A stretch of DNA of 64,000 bases, from the NCBI GenBank assembly GCA_963826115.1, contig CAWGVS010000005.1, positions 1,856,001-1,920,000 on the forward strand, in the 5' to 3' direction. The position numbers and the translations under genes were made by a program. Position 1 is the stretch's first letter. Each line of letters starts with the position of its first letter. This document shows positions 32,682 through 41,914 of this stretch, piece after piece. The notes beneath the pieces were generated by a model. That model saw nothing but the letters and a program-made list of their open reading frames with translations. It did not search any database and was not told the DNA's origin. The DNA is from an uncultured Candidatus Rokubacteria bacterium. Its GTDB lineage: Bacteria > Methylomirabilota > Methylomirabilia > Rokubacteriales > DASRDR01.

Positions 32682-33899
32682 TTAGCTGGTACCCGTGTTT
32701 ATCTTAACGTAGTCGGTGGTGAAGTCGCAGGTCCAGATGTGGTCCTGCGCGGCCCCGAGACCGAGGTCGACCGTGACGGCCACCTCGGGCTTCGCGAGCT
32801 CCGCCTTGACCCGGTCCCAGCGAACGCCGTCCCGGATCCGCCCCCCCGCCGCTACCTGCTCGTCGCCGTACCAGATCGCGATTCGGTCCTCCTGCACGGT
32901 GACGCCCGCGGCGCCGAGCGCCGACATCACCCGGCCCCAGTTGGGGTCGCGGCCCGCCATCGCGGTCTTGAACAGGTTCGAGTTCGCGATGGAGCGGGCG
33001 ACCGCCTCGGCGTCGCCCCGCGTCTTGGCGCCGCGCACGCGCACGTCGATCAGGAGGCTCGCGCCCTCACCGTCCTTGACCAGCATCACGGCCAGGCGCT
33101 GGGTCAACGCGTCGAGAGCCTGCTGGAACGGGCGCAGGCGACGGTCACCGCGGGCCAGCGACCGGTTCTCCGCCAGCCCGTTGGCCAGGAGCACGACGGT
33201 GTCGCTCGTGCTCCGGTCGCCGTCGACGCTGATGCGGTTGAACGATCCTCCCACCGCGCGCCGGATGGCCCCTTGCAGCGCCTCGCGCTCCACCGCCAGG
33301 TCGGTAGCGACGAAGCAGAACATCGTCGCCATCATCGGATGGATCATGCCCGTGCCCTTGGCGATGCCCCCGATCGTCACCCTCCGGCCGCCGATCTCCA
33401 CCCGGAGCGCGGCCTCCTTCGGATGGGTATCGGTGGTCATGATCCCTTCGGCCGCCGCGCGGCTCCCCTGCGGGGACAGCGCCTTGACCAGCTTCGGCAG
33501 GGCCGGCCGGATCTTGTCCATCGGCAAGGGGCGCCCGATGACACCGGTGGAGGCCACCAGCACCCGCTCGTCCGGGATTCGCAGGTGCTTGGCGACGATC
33601 TCGGTCATCTCGCGGGCGTCGCGGATCCCCTGCTCGCCGGTGGCGACGTTCGAGCAGCCGCTGGACGCGACGATCGCCTGGGCCACCCCGCTCCGGATCC
33701 GCTCGCGGGTGACCTTCACCGGCGCCCCCACGATGCGGTTGGACGTGAAGACCCCCGCGGCGACCGCCGGGTTCGAGGAGTAGATGAGCGCGAGGTCCTT
33801 CGCGGGCGCCGCCTTGATGCCGGCGTGGAGCCCCGCCGCCAGGATGCCCGGAACCGCGGTGATCCCGCCGTCGGTCCACTCGTGGTCGGCGCCCGTCAT
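32682..33899 (-). CDS. argJ: Ornithine acetyltransferase / N-acetylglutamate synthase ArgJ
   Basis: STGVIG, IMTTDT, autoproteolysis motif KGTGMIHPMMATM, DGEGA, DPNWGR. Confidence 0.95.
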   Translation of the reverse strand: MTGADHEWTDGGITAVPGILAAGLHAGIKAAPAKDLALIYSSNPAVAAGVFTSNRIVGAPVKVTRERIRSGVAQAIVASSGCSNVATGEQGIRDAREMTEIVAKHLRIPDERVLVASTGVIGRPLPMDKIRPALPKLVKALSPQGSRAAAEGIMTTDTHPKEAALRVEIGGRRVTIGGIAKGTGMIHPMMATMFCFVATDLAVEREALQGAIRRAVGGSFNRISVDGDRSTSDTVVLLANGLAENRSLARGDRRLRPFQQALDALTQRLAVMLVKDGEGASLLIDVRVRGAKTRGDAEAVARSIANSNLFKTAMAGRDPNWGRVMSALGAAGVTVQEDRIAIWYGDEQVAAGGRIRDGVRWDRVKAELAKPEVAVTVDLGLGAAQDHIWTCDFTTDYVKINTGTS

Positions 33900-33911
33900 C
33901 GTGTCCTCTCC

Positions 33912-33947
33912 AAAAAAATACCGGGAAGGTCGCCAGGACCTTCCCGG
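33912..33947 (-). terminator. Intrinsic terminator after rpsI
   Basis: CCGGGAAGGTC-loop-GACCTTCCCGG followed by TATTTTTTT on the minus strand. Confidence 0.8.
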
Positions 33948-33969
33948 GAATGTCTCCGAGGGATCCGGA

Positions 33970-34365
33970 CTACCGCTTGGAGAACTGGAAGCGCTTGCGC
34001 GCGCCCGGCTGTCCGTACTTCTTCCGCTCCTTCATCCGCGGGTCGCGGGTGAGCATCCCCGCGCGCTTCAGCTGGGGCCTGAGCTCGGTGTTGAACTCGA
34101 GCAGCGCTCTCGCGATGCCATGCCGCACCGCCCCCGCCTGCCCCGACAGCCCGCCGCCCCGGACGTTCACCTTGGCGTCGAGCTGCGACGTCGTCCCGGT
34201 GAGCTCGAGGGGCTGGGTCACGATCAGCCGCAGCGTCTCGCGGGGAAAGTAGTCCTCGAACGGCCGCCGGTTGACGAGGATTCGCCCCTGGCCCGGCCGG
34301 AGGAACACGCGCGCGACGGAGGTCTTCCGCCGTCCCGTTCCGTAGAACTGCACCACCTCCGCCAT
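33970..34365 (-). CDS. rpsI: 30S ribosomal protein S9
   Basis: [36 protein letters not shown]. Confidence 0.99.
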   Translation of the reverse strand: MAEVVQFYGTGRRKTSVARVFLRPGQGRILVNRRPFEDYFPRETLRLIVTQPLELTGTTSQLDAKVNVRGGGLSGQAGAVRHGIARALLEFNTELRPQLKRAGMLTRDPRMKERKKYGQPGARKRFQFSKR

Positions 34366-34808
34366 CACGACTCCTTCTTGCGTGCGGGCAGCGCCTGCGG
34401 CTGCTGCGCCTGATGCGGGTGCTCGGCACCGCGGTACACCTTGAGCTTCTTCACCATGGCGCGTCCGAGCTTGGTCTTCGGCAGCATGCCGGACACCGCC
34501 CACTCGACGACACGCTCCGGGTGCGTGCGGAGCATGGTGTCGGCGCGCGTCTCGGTGAGCCCGCCGATGTAGCCGGAATGGGTCCGGTAGAGCTTCCCGG
34601 AGAGCTTCCGGCCCGAGAGGGCGACCTTGGCCGCGTTGATGACCACGACGTGGTCGCCGGTGTCCACGTGCGGCGCCCAGATCGCCTTGTGCTTCCCCAT
34701 GAGGAGGGTGGCCACGCGAGCGGCCAGCCGGCCGAGGATCTGCCCCTCGGCGTCAATCAGGTGCCAACTCCGCGCCACCGCGTCCTTCTTCGGCATGACC
34801 GTCGGCAT
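34365..34808 (-). CDS. rplM: 50S ribosomal protein L13
   Basis: [39 protein letters not shown]. Confidence 0.99.
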   Translation of the reverse strand: MPTVMPKKDAVARSWHLIDAEGQILGRLAARVATLLMGKHKAIWAPHVDTGDHVVVINAAKVALSGRKLSGKLYRTHSGYIGGLTETRADTMLRTHPERVVEWAVSGMLPKTKLGRAMVKKLKVYRGAEHPHQAQQPQALPARKKES

Positions 34809-34890
34809 ACGACGTCCGTCTCCACGAGCTCGAGAGAGGTAAATGAGCGAACGGCCACTCCGGGGCGGACCGCTCGGGCACAATCCGCAA
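34809..34890 (-). ncRNA. Candidate L13 leader
   Basis: The leader contains GAGCG..GCCCCGGA..CGCTC. A GCCCCGGA loop is characteristic of described L13 leaders. Confidence 0.5.
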
Positions 34891-34896
34891 GCCGTA

Positions 34897-34925
34897 ACCT
34901 TATCGGAGGCGCCTCAGGGTGTCAA
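34897..34925 (-). promoter_or_regulatory. sigma70 promoter of rplM-rpsI
   Basis: TTGACA (34925-34920), 17 nt spacer, TAAGGT (34902-34897). Confidence 0.75.
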
Positions 34926-34984
34926 CCCCTGATACACCCTGGAGCCCGGTCCGACGCGTCGGGATGCCGACCCGGGCTGCGGGA

Positions 34985-35686
34985 TCAGGCGCGGCGGCGT
35001 CCGCGGGCGGGCGCGCCGGTGCGCACCGCGCCCCGGCCGCCAGTTTTCCCGGGCCAGGGACAGAGCGCGCGGACCGGGCACGCCGGACACTCCGGAGTCC
35101 GGGCGTGACACACCTGCCGGCCGTGCGCCTGGATGAGGTGGCAGAAGCGGGTCCACTTGGGGCGCGGCACCACCTCGGCGAGCTGGGCCTCGATCTCGTC
35201 GGGATCGTCGGCCTTCGCGAGTCCGAGCCGCTGCGTCACGCGGAACACGTGCGTGTCCACCGCGATGCCCGGCACGCCGAACGCGTTGCCGAGCACGACG
35301 TTCGCCGTCTTGCGGCCGACGCCGGGCAGCGCGACGAGCGCCTCGAGCGTCCGCGGCACCTCGCCGCCGTGCCGCTCGACGAGCGCCCGCGCCATCCCGA
35401 GGACCGACCGCGTCTTGGCCCGGAAGAAGCCCGTCGAGCGGATCTCGCCCTCGAAGATCGCCGCGTCGGCGCGCGCGTAGTCCTCCGCGCGCCGGTACTT
35501 CTGGAAGAGCGACTGGGTGACCTGGTTCACGCGCTCGTCCGTGCACTGGGCGGCCAGAATCGTCGCGACCAAGAGCTCGAGCGGCGTCGTGAAGCGGAGC
35601 GCGCACGCGGCGTCCGGGTAGGCGCGCTCGAGGTGCCGGATGAGGGACCGCGTCCGGGCGCGGCGGGCGTCGACCGACTCCCTCAA
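34985..35686 (-). CDS. nth: Endonuclease III
   Basis: LVATILAAQCTD, HhH motif LPGVGRKTANVVL, VDTHV, [4Fe-4S] motif C-x6-C-x2-C-x5-C. Confidence 0.96.
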   Translation of the reverse strand: MRESVDARRARTRSLIRHLERAYPDAACALRFTTPLELLVATILAAQCTDERVNQVTQSLFQKYRRAEDYARADAAIFEGEIRSTGFFRAKTRSVLGMARALVERHGGEVPRTLEALVALPGVGRKTANVVLGNAFGVPGIAVDTHVFRVTQRLGLAKADDPDEIEAQLAEVVPRPKWTRFCHLIQAHGRQVCHARTPECPACPVRALCPWPGKTGGRGAVRTGAPARGRRRA

Positions 35687-35702
35687 TCCGATCCCTCGGT
35701 CC

Positions 35703-36446
35703 TCAGGGCGTCCGCAGCACCTGGTAGAAGTGGACGCCGACGACGGTCGCGTAGCTGACGGCGGCGGCCGAGAGAACGAACCACGCCAGCCCGCCGAGAA
35801 CCGGAATCATCCCGAGGACCGAGCTCGCGATCGCGAGCCCCACCAGGACGAGCAGCAGCCCCACCACCAGGCCCACGACCGATCCGACATGCGCGCGAAC
35901 GACCGCGACACTCCGGCGCATCCCATCGATCGCGCCCAGCCCGTCGAGCAGCACGGCGGGCAGCGTGAACATGAGGCATACGCCGGCCACCAGCCCTGGA
36001 ATCAGGAGAAGGAGGAATCCGATCCAGACGACGAGCCCCACCAGGCTGGACGCCGCAACGACCGCGCCGAGCCGGCCGAGGACGGTGTTGAGCGCGTCTC
36101 CCAGGGTCGGCTCGCGGCCGGCGAGCGCGTCGCGCGCCATCACGACGACCATCCCGGAGCTCAGGAGCCACAGCACGCCCATCACCAGGGCGAGGACCAG
36201 GACTCCGAGGATGATGCCGACGATGCCCCCGAGGGCCGCGCCCGGACCGCCGCCCACCGCGCCCCCCATCAAGCCGCCCAGCAGCACCGCCGCGCCGCCG
36301 ATGAAGAAGACCAGCGCGAGCGGGATGACGCCGACGGCGAGCGGAGGCACGATCAGGACCGGAAAGCGGGCCACCGCCTGGTAGGCCAGTCGGAAGTGCC
36401 CGACGACGTCGCCGTCCGCCACGTTGCCCATCGGTTTCTCGCTCAC
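35703..36446 (-). CDS. Multi-pass membrane protein of unknown function
   Basis: Several hydrophobic Gly-rich helices; LLLLIPG..., 'G..D.MRRS..VV' pattern seen in YciC/GPDPase-membrane-like proteins. Confidence 0.75.
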   Translation of the reverse strand: MSEKPMGNVADGDVVGHFRLAYQAVARFPVLIVPPLAVGVIPLALVFFIGGAAVLLGGLMGGAVGGGPGAALGGIVGIILGVLVLALVMGVLWLLSSGMVVVMARDALAGREPTLGDALNTVLGRLGAVVAASSLVGLVVWIGFLLLLIPGLVAGVCLMFTLPAVLLDGLGAIDGMRRSVAVVRAHVGSVVGLVVGLLLVLVGLAIASSVLGMIPVLGGLAWFVLSAAAVSYATVVGVHFYQVLRTP

Positions 36447-36489
36447 CCGGGCGAGGCGGGACCGAGCCTAGGGCGACGCATGCCGCGCG

Positions 36490-37155
36490 TCAACCGGCCC
36501 TCGTGGCCGCCCGGTCGACCGGCGCCGCGGTGGCGGATCGTCGGGCGAGGGCGCACCACAGGACCCAGAGGAGGAACGCGGGAGCGCCTACCGCCGCCGC
36601 CGCGAGGAACGGCGGCAGGAGGCCCAGCCACGCGACGGGCCCGACCATGTAGAGGAGATCCTCCGGCTCGAAGCCCAGCCAGTTCCCCTGGGCGACCATC
36701 GCCTTGCCCGACGTCTCCTCCAGGAAGACGCGGATCACGAAGACAACCGCGATCGAGCCGGCCGCGAGCGCGCCCGCCACCGGCGCCCAGCCGTCGAGCC
36801 ACGAGGCGCGGAGGCCGACGCCGAGGCCCGCGAAGAGGCTCACGTAGCCCAGGCCCGCCGCCACGTGATCGTAGTAGTGGCCGAAGCGGCTCGTCAGGCC
36901 GGTCAGGCGGGCGAACTCGCCGTCCATGTGGTCGACGAGGACGCCCAGCATGAAGAGCCCCCCGCCCAGCGCCGCGCGCCCGGGATCGCCGGAGGCCATG
37001 AGCCAGGCCGCGGTGAGGGACGAGAGGAGGCCGAGCGTGGTGAGGCCGTTCGGGGTGAGCGGAGTGTGCCGGAGCGGGCGGACGAGGAGCCGCGCGAGCC
37101 GGACGTCCCAGGGGGGCGGCGGCCCCGCCTTCGGCCGAGGCTCAGCGGACGGCAT
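36490..37155 (-). CDS. CDP-alcohol phosphatidyltransferase family protein
   Basis: TPNGLT and DHMDGEFAR..G..SRFG.YYD motif. The fourth Asp is absent (see findings). Confidence 0.88.
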   Translation of the reverse strand: MPSAEPRPKAGPPPPWDVRLARLLVRPLRHTPLTPNGLTTLGLLSSLTAAWLMASGDPGRAALGGGLFMLGVLVDHMDGEFARLTGLTSRFGHYYDHVAAGLGYVSLFAGLGVGLRASWLDGWAPVAGALAAGSIAVVFVIRVFLEETSGKAMVAQGNWLGFEPEDLLYMVGPVAWLGLLPPFLAAAAVGAPAFLLWVLWCALARRSATAAPVDRAATRAG

Positions 37156-38323
37156 CGCGGTCTCGCAGGAACTCGCCCAGGCGGACGAGCGCCTCGCGGA
37201 TTCGGGGCAGGCCGTTCGCGTACGAGAAGCGCAGGTACCCCTCGCCGCCCGCCCCGAAGTCGATGCCCGGCGTCACCGCCACGCGCGCGCCGGCGAGGAT
37301 CTCGAAGGCGAGGTCGTACGACCGCTCGCCGAAGCGCCGGGCGTCGGCGAAGACGTAGAAGGCGCCGTTGGGCTCGGCGACGATTCCGAGCCCGATCGCG
37401 CGGAGACCATCGATCATGACGCGGCGGCGCTCGTCGAAGATCGCCCGGAACCGGCGCACGTCGTCGGCCGCCTCGCGCAGCGCCGCCACGCCCGCCCACT
37501 GCACGAACTCGTTCGACGAGATGAAGAAGTTCTGGTGGAGTCGCTGGAGGGCGCGCACGTACGACTTGGGCGCGATCAGGTAGCCCAGGCGCCAGCCGGT
37601 CATCGCGTACGCCTTGGAGAAGCCGTTGAACACGAAGGCGCGGTCCGTGAACTCCAGCACCGTGTGATCGGGCTCGCCGTAGCTCAGGCCGTGGTAGATC
37701 TCGTCCGAGACGATCCAGCACCCGTGCCGCTCCGCGAGATCCGCAAGGGCCGCCAGCCGGTCCCTGGGGGTCACCACGCCGGTCGGGTTTGCCGGCGAGT
37801 TCACCATCACCGCCCTGGTGCGAGGCGACAGGCGCTCACGCACCCCGTCGGCTCCCAGGCTCCAGCCCTCGGCCTCGGGGGTCGGCACGTACACGGGCGT
37901 CGCGTCCGCGTAGCGCACGAAGTTCGGGTAGCAGGCGTAGTGCGGGTCGGACAGGATCACCTCGTCGCCCGCGGACAGGAGCCCGGTGAACAGGAGCAGC
38001 ATGCCCGGCGAGGTGCCCGCGGTGACCAGTACCTGGTCCGGCGACACCGCGACCCGGTACGTCCGCTGGTAGTGCTCGGCGATGGCCTCCCGCAGCGGCA
38101 GGATGCCGAGGCTGTGGGCGTACTTCGTGCGGCCGTCCCGGATGGCGCGGACCGCGGCCTCGCGGACCACCTCCGGCGTCTCGAAATCGGGCTCGCCGAA
38201 CTCGAGGTGGATCACCTCGTGCCCCTGGCGCTCGAGCTCCTGGGCACGCTCGAAGACCTCGACCGCCAGGAACGGCGTGATCTCCTCGGTGCGCTTCGCC
38301 AGCTCCGCGAACGCGTGGGACAT
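37142..38323 (-). CDS. PLP-dependent aminotransferase class I/II
   Basis: GEPDF, NSPANPTG, SDEIYHGL, GFSKAYAMTGWRLG. Confidence 0.95.
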   Translation of the reverse strand: MSHAFAELAKRTEEITPFLAVEVFERAQELERQGHEVIHLEFGEPDFETPEVVREAAVRAIRDGRTKYAHSLGILPLREAIAEHYQRTYRVAVSPDQVLVTAGTSPGMLLLFTGLLSAGDEVILSDPHYACYPNFVRYADATPVYVPTPEAEGWSLGADGVRERLSPRTRAVMVNSPANPTGVVTPRDRLAALADLAERHGCWIVSDEIYHGLSYGEPDHTVLEFTDRAFVFNGFSKAYAMTGWRLGYLIAPKSYVRALQRLHQNFFISSNEFVQWAGVAALREAADDVRRFRAIFDERRRVMIDGLRAIGLGIVAEPNGAFYVFADARRFGERSYDLAFEILAGARVAVTPGIDFGAGGEGYLRFSYANGLPRIREALVRLGEFLRDRDAVR

Positions 38324-38328
38324 CGGCC

Positions 38329-39753
38329 TCAGTGCGCCGCGCGGCGGCGCCGGCGCGCGAAGCCGGCGCGCTGGGCGGCCCGCACGACCTCGCGGGCGAC
38401 CGCCGGGGCCACCTTCCTGTTGAACACGCTGGGGATGACGTACTCCTCGTGCAGCTCCTTGCGGCCCACCACCGAGGCGATGGCGTGGGCGGCGGCGATC
38501 TTCATCTCGTCGGTGACCCGGCTGGCCCGGCAGTCGAGGAGCCCCCGGAAGAAGCCGGGGAAGCAGAGAACGTTGTTGATCTGGTTCGGATAGTCGGACC
38601 GACCGGTCGCCATGACGCGGACGTGGGACTCGACCTCCTCGGGCATGATCTCGGGCACCGGGTTGGCCATCGCGAAGACGATCGGGTCCCGAGCCATCGC
38701 CTTGACGTCCTGCGGCCGCAGCACGCCGGGGACCGAAAGGCCGATGAACACGTCGCTGCCCTGGACGGCGTCGCTCAGGCTGCCCTGGCGGCCCGCCGGG
38801 TTGGTCTCCTGCGCCACGCGGGTCTTCATCGCGTCGAGCGGTCCCGGGCGCCCGATGGCCAGGATGCCGTGCTCGTCGACCCCGAGGATCCGCCGCACGC
38901 CCACCGACCGGAGGATCCGGATCGTGGCCGTGCCCGCCGCCCCGACCCCGCACACCACCACGGAGATATCGGCCAGCTCCTTGCGCACGATCCGGAGCGC
39001 GTTGAGGAGCGCCGCCAGGACGACGACCGCCGTCCCGTGCTGATCGTCGTGGAAGACCGGCACGTCCAGCTCCTGCCGCAGCCGCTCCTCGATCTCGAAG
39101 CACCGGGGCGCCGAGATGTCCTCGAGGTTGATCCCGCCGTACACCGGGGCGATGTGCTTCACCGTCCGCACGATCTCGTCCACGTCCTTCGTCGCCAGGC
39201 ACACCGGGAAGGCGTCGACGTCGGCGAGCTCCTTGAACAGGAGCGACTTGCCCTCCATGACCGGCAGCGCCGCCTGGGGGCCGATGTCGCCAAGACCCAG
39301 CACGGCCGTCCCGTCGGTCACGATCGCCACGGTGTTCTGCTTGATGGTGAGCGCGTAGGCGCGCTCCGGATCCTCCCGGATGGCGAGGCAGACGCGGGCC
39401 ACGCCCGGCGTATAGGCCATCGACAGGTCGTCGCGCGTCTTGAGCGGCACCTTGCTGCGGATCGCGATCTTGCCGCCCAGGTGCATGAGGAACGTCCGGT
39501 CGGACACGCTGACGATCCGGATGCCGTCGACGCTGCGGATGGCGGCGACGATGGCCTGACCGTGCTGCTCGTCGCGCGCGTTGATCGTGAAGTCGCGGAC
39601 GATCAGGTCCTTGACGAGCTCGACCAGGTCGACGGCGCGGATGTCGCCGCCTGCCTCGCCGATCGCCGACGTCAGGCGGCCGAGCATGCCCGGCCGGTTC
39701 TTGATCGCCGCCCGGATGGTGAGGCTGTACGAGGCGCTCGGGGTGAGGGCCAC
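38329..39753 (-). CDS. NAD(P)-dependent malic enzyme with N-terminal ACT domain
   Basis: ACT motif NRPGMLG; AYTPGVA, PVMEGK, INLEDI, FHDDQHGT, ATGRSDYPNQINN. Confidence 0.94.
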   Translation of the reverse strand: MALTPSASYSLTIRAAIKNRPGMLGRLTSAIGEAGGDIRAVDLVELVKDLIVRDFTINARDEQHGQAIVAAIRSVDGIRIVSVSDRTFLMHLGGKIAIRSKVPLKTRDDLSMAYTPGVARVCLAIREDPERAYALTIKQNTVAIVTDGTAVLGLGDIGPQAALPVMEGKSLLFKELADVDAFPVCLATKDVDEIVRTVKHIAPVYGGINLEDISAPRCFEIEERLRQELDVPVFHDDQHGTAVVVLAALLNALRIVRKELADISVVVCGVGAAGTATIRILRSVGVRRILGVDEHGILAIGRPGPLDAMKTRVAQETNPAGRQGSLSDAVQGSDVFIGLSVPGVLRPQDVKAMARDPIVFAMANPVPEIMPEEVESHVRVMATGRSDYPNQINNVLCFPGFFRGLLDCRASRVTDEMKIAAAHAIASVVGRKELHEEYVIPSVFNRKVAPAVAREVVRAAQRAGFARRRRRAAH

Positions 39754-39757
39754 GGCG

Positions 39758-40294
39758 TCAGGCCGGCCGCATCAGCGCGCGGCCGACCACCGGCGGCAGC
39801 TCGGGATACCGCGCCCGCAGCTCGGGAACGAGGCGGTCGAACTCGTCCTGGACCGTGACCCTGAGCTTGCGGGCGAAGACGACGCGCTCGAGCTGGAGCG
39901 TGCCCACGTAGACCGCCGTCTGGCCGACCGAGAATTCCGCCCCGACCTGGAACCACGGCTCCTCGGGAAACGACGGTCCGCTCTCGTTGATGCGCAGGCG
40001 CTGGACCAGGTACCGGCCCGGAGGCAGCGTGATCAGGAACGGGCTCCGGGCGAGGTCGATCGGCAGCTCGTGCCGGAAGGCGCCGTCCTCCCGCGCGATG
40101 TCCAGCACCACGTGCGGCGGCGCGCCGAAGCCCATCACCACGACCTCACCCATGACCGCCTGGTGTCCCGGCGGCACGTCGAGCGGCTCCCGCCGGAAGA
40201 CGGAGCACCCCGCCGCCAGCAGCATGCCCGCGGCCAGGACCGCGAGAGGTCCCCGCCACGCCCACCCGGCCAGCCTCCCCGGCAGTCGCGTCAC
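39758..40294 (-). CDS. Putative lipoprotein, unknown function
   Basis: GTG overlaps the upstream stop; signal ends in lipobox LLAAGC; LPPGRY and AVYVGTL beta-rich motifs. Confidence 0.75.
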   Translation of the reverse strand: MTRLPGRLAGWAWRGPLAVLAAGMLLAAGCSVFRREPLDVPPGHQAVMGEVVVMGFGAPPHVVLDIAREDGAFRHELPIDLARSPFLITLPPGRYLVQRLRINESGPSFPEEPWFQVGAEFSVGQTAVYVGTLQLERVVFARKLRVTVQDEFDRLVPELRARYPELPPVVGRALMRPA

Positions 40295-41358
40295 GCGCTC
40301 GGCTTCTTCCAGATCCCCCGGTCGTGCAGCAGGCGGATCTGACGCCGGATCACCTTCTGGCGGTACTCGGCGTGCTTCATGGGCGCGCGCTTCAAGTAGA
40401 GATTCTTCGGGTAGATCGGCTTCTCGTAGAGCAAGCCGTAGAGCTCGGTCCGGACGTCTTTCAGCCAGTTGTCCCACTGCGCCGAAGCGCGATGGTGCCG
40501 GAGCGCCTCGATGTCGACCGGGCCGGCCACGTAGGTCGAGCCGGCCCCGTAGTCCTGCCGCCCGACGATGCGCCCCTTGTAGTCTATGATGAAGGAGCGG
40601 CCGCCGAACGTGTCGATGGGGGTGGTCTCCTCCGGAAACAGGTAGTAGGTCCCCATGTTCGGCGCGACCACGTACATGTTGTTGTCGAGGGCGCGGGCGC
40701 GGCTCTGGATCTCGAAGTACTCGTTGCCGGTCGCTGGGTGCGGGTAGGACGCGCGGTAGACGACCTCCGCGCCGTTGAGGGCGAGCGCGCGCGCATTCTC
40801 CGGGTACGAGCCCTCGTTGGCCATCATGATGCCGAGCCGCCCGATGTCGGTGTCGACCACCGGCCAGAACGCCTGCAGGTTCCGCCCGTACTTCTCGACC
40901 CACCAGTCGTAGACGTCATGCGGGCACATCGAGTGCTCGACGGGGAAGAGCGGAGAGACCTTGTAGTGCTGGAGGATGACCCGTCCCCGCGGGTTGAGGA
41001 TGAACCCGACGTTGAAGTACCGATCCTTCCAGTCGGGGTGACGCGCCTTGGCCTGGGCGATGATGAAGACGTTGTACTCGCGGGCGATCTTGCCGAGCTC
41101 CTCGGTCTCCTCCCCCGGGATGTCGATCGCGCACTCCCGCGCGAAGGTGGCGTGGTCGAGGTCCAGGACCTCGTCGTTGAACGCCTGCAGCGCCCCCTCG
41201 GGAAACGCGATCAGCCGGACGGGGATGGAGAGGCTGGAAAGCCACGCGGCCGCCTTGACCAGGTGGTGGAGGTGCTCGAGGTTGATCTTGATGTCGCGCC
41301 GCTTCCGGATGCCTCGCACCGTGGGAATGAGGCCGACCGCCATGTACGGCTTGATCAT
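40291..41358 (-). CDS. Nitrilase/carbon-nitrogen hydrolase superfamily protein lacking the catalytic Cys
   Basis: LIAFPEG (Glu), HYK (Lys), TDIGRLGIMMANEGSYPENARALALNGAEVV (Cys position is Ala), RARALDN..YVV, GGRSFIID..G. Confidence 0.9.
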   Translation of the reverse strand: MIKPYMAVGLIPTVRGIRKRRDIKINLEHLHHLVKAAAWLSSLSIPVRLIAFPEGALQAFNDEVLDLDHATFARECAIDIPGEETEELGKIAREYNVFIIAQAKARHPDWKDRYFNVGFILNPRGRVILQHYKVSPLFPVEHSMCPHDVYDWWVEKYGRNLQAFWPVVDTDIGRLGIMMANEGSYPENARALALNGAEVVYRASYPHPATGNEYFEIQSRARALDNNMYVVAPNMGTYYLFPEETTPIDTFGGRSFIIDYKGRIVGRQDYGAGSTYVAGPVDIEALRHHRASAQWDNWLKDVRTELYGLLYEKPIYPKNLYLKRAPMKHAEYRQKVIRRQIRLLHDRGIWKKPSA

Positions 41359-41434
41359 CCGTCGTCCCTCCCGCGCAGGCGATATGGTTGAGGACCCGGC
41401 GTGCGGACCCTGGCGGGCACTGCGGCGGCGGCCC

Positions 41435-41914
41435 TCACGGACCCTCCCGCGCCACGCGCGCCAGCCGCGCGCGCGACGTGATCTTGTCGCCGCGCCAGTA
41501 TTCTCCCACCAGCGTGCCGTCGGATTGCATCGTATAGACGACCCTCGCCTGGACGCGCGGGAGCTCGAGCCGCAGCGCGCCGTCCTCGATGCGGCCGCGG
41601 ACCCGCGTCCAGCCCGGGAAGCCCACCCCGAGGGCGCCCGACACGCCCCACGAGTACACCGCGATGACCTCGGTGGCCTGCTCGTTCTGGATCTCGATCT
41701 CGACCACCAAGACGTGGTCGAGCGCGTCGTCCCACTTGCCGACCCACCGACCCGAGAACTTGGCGTTCTCGCGCGGAACGCTGGTGGGCGGCGGCACCAC
41801 GCGGAGGTCGGGCGGCATGGGCGGCACCGGGATCGGATCCTCGGCGCAGCCCGCCAGGACGATACCCAGCCCTAGCCCCGCGAAGAGCATCGCGGCGCGG
41901 CGGCCGCGCGTCAT
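41435..41914 (-). CDS. Putative lipoprotein, unknown function
   Basis: ATG overlaps the ATPase stop; lipobox VLAGC; 'FSGRWVGKW' beta-barrel-like segment. Confidence 0.75.
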   Translation of the reverse strand: MTRGRRAAMLFAGLGLGIVLAGCAEDPIPVPPMPPDLRVVPPPTSVPRENAKFSGRWVGKWDDALDHVLVVEIEIQNEQATEVIAVYSWGVSGALGVGFPGWTRVRGRIEDGALRLELPRVQARVVYTMQSDGTLVGEYWRGDKITSRARLARVAREGP

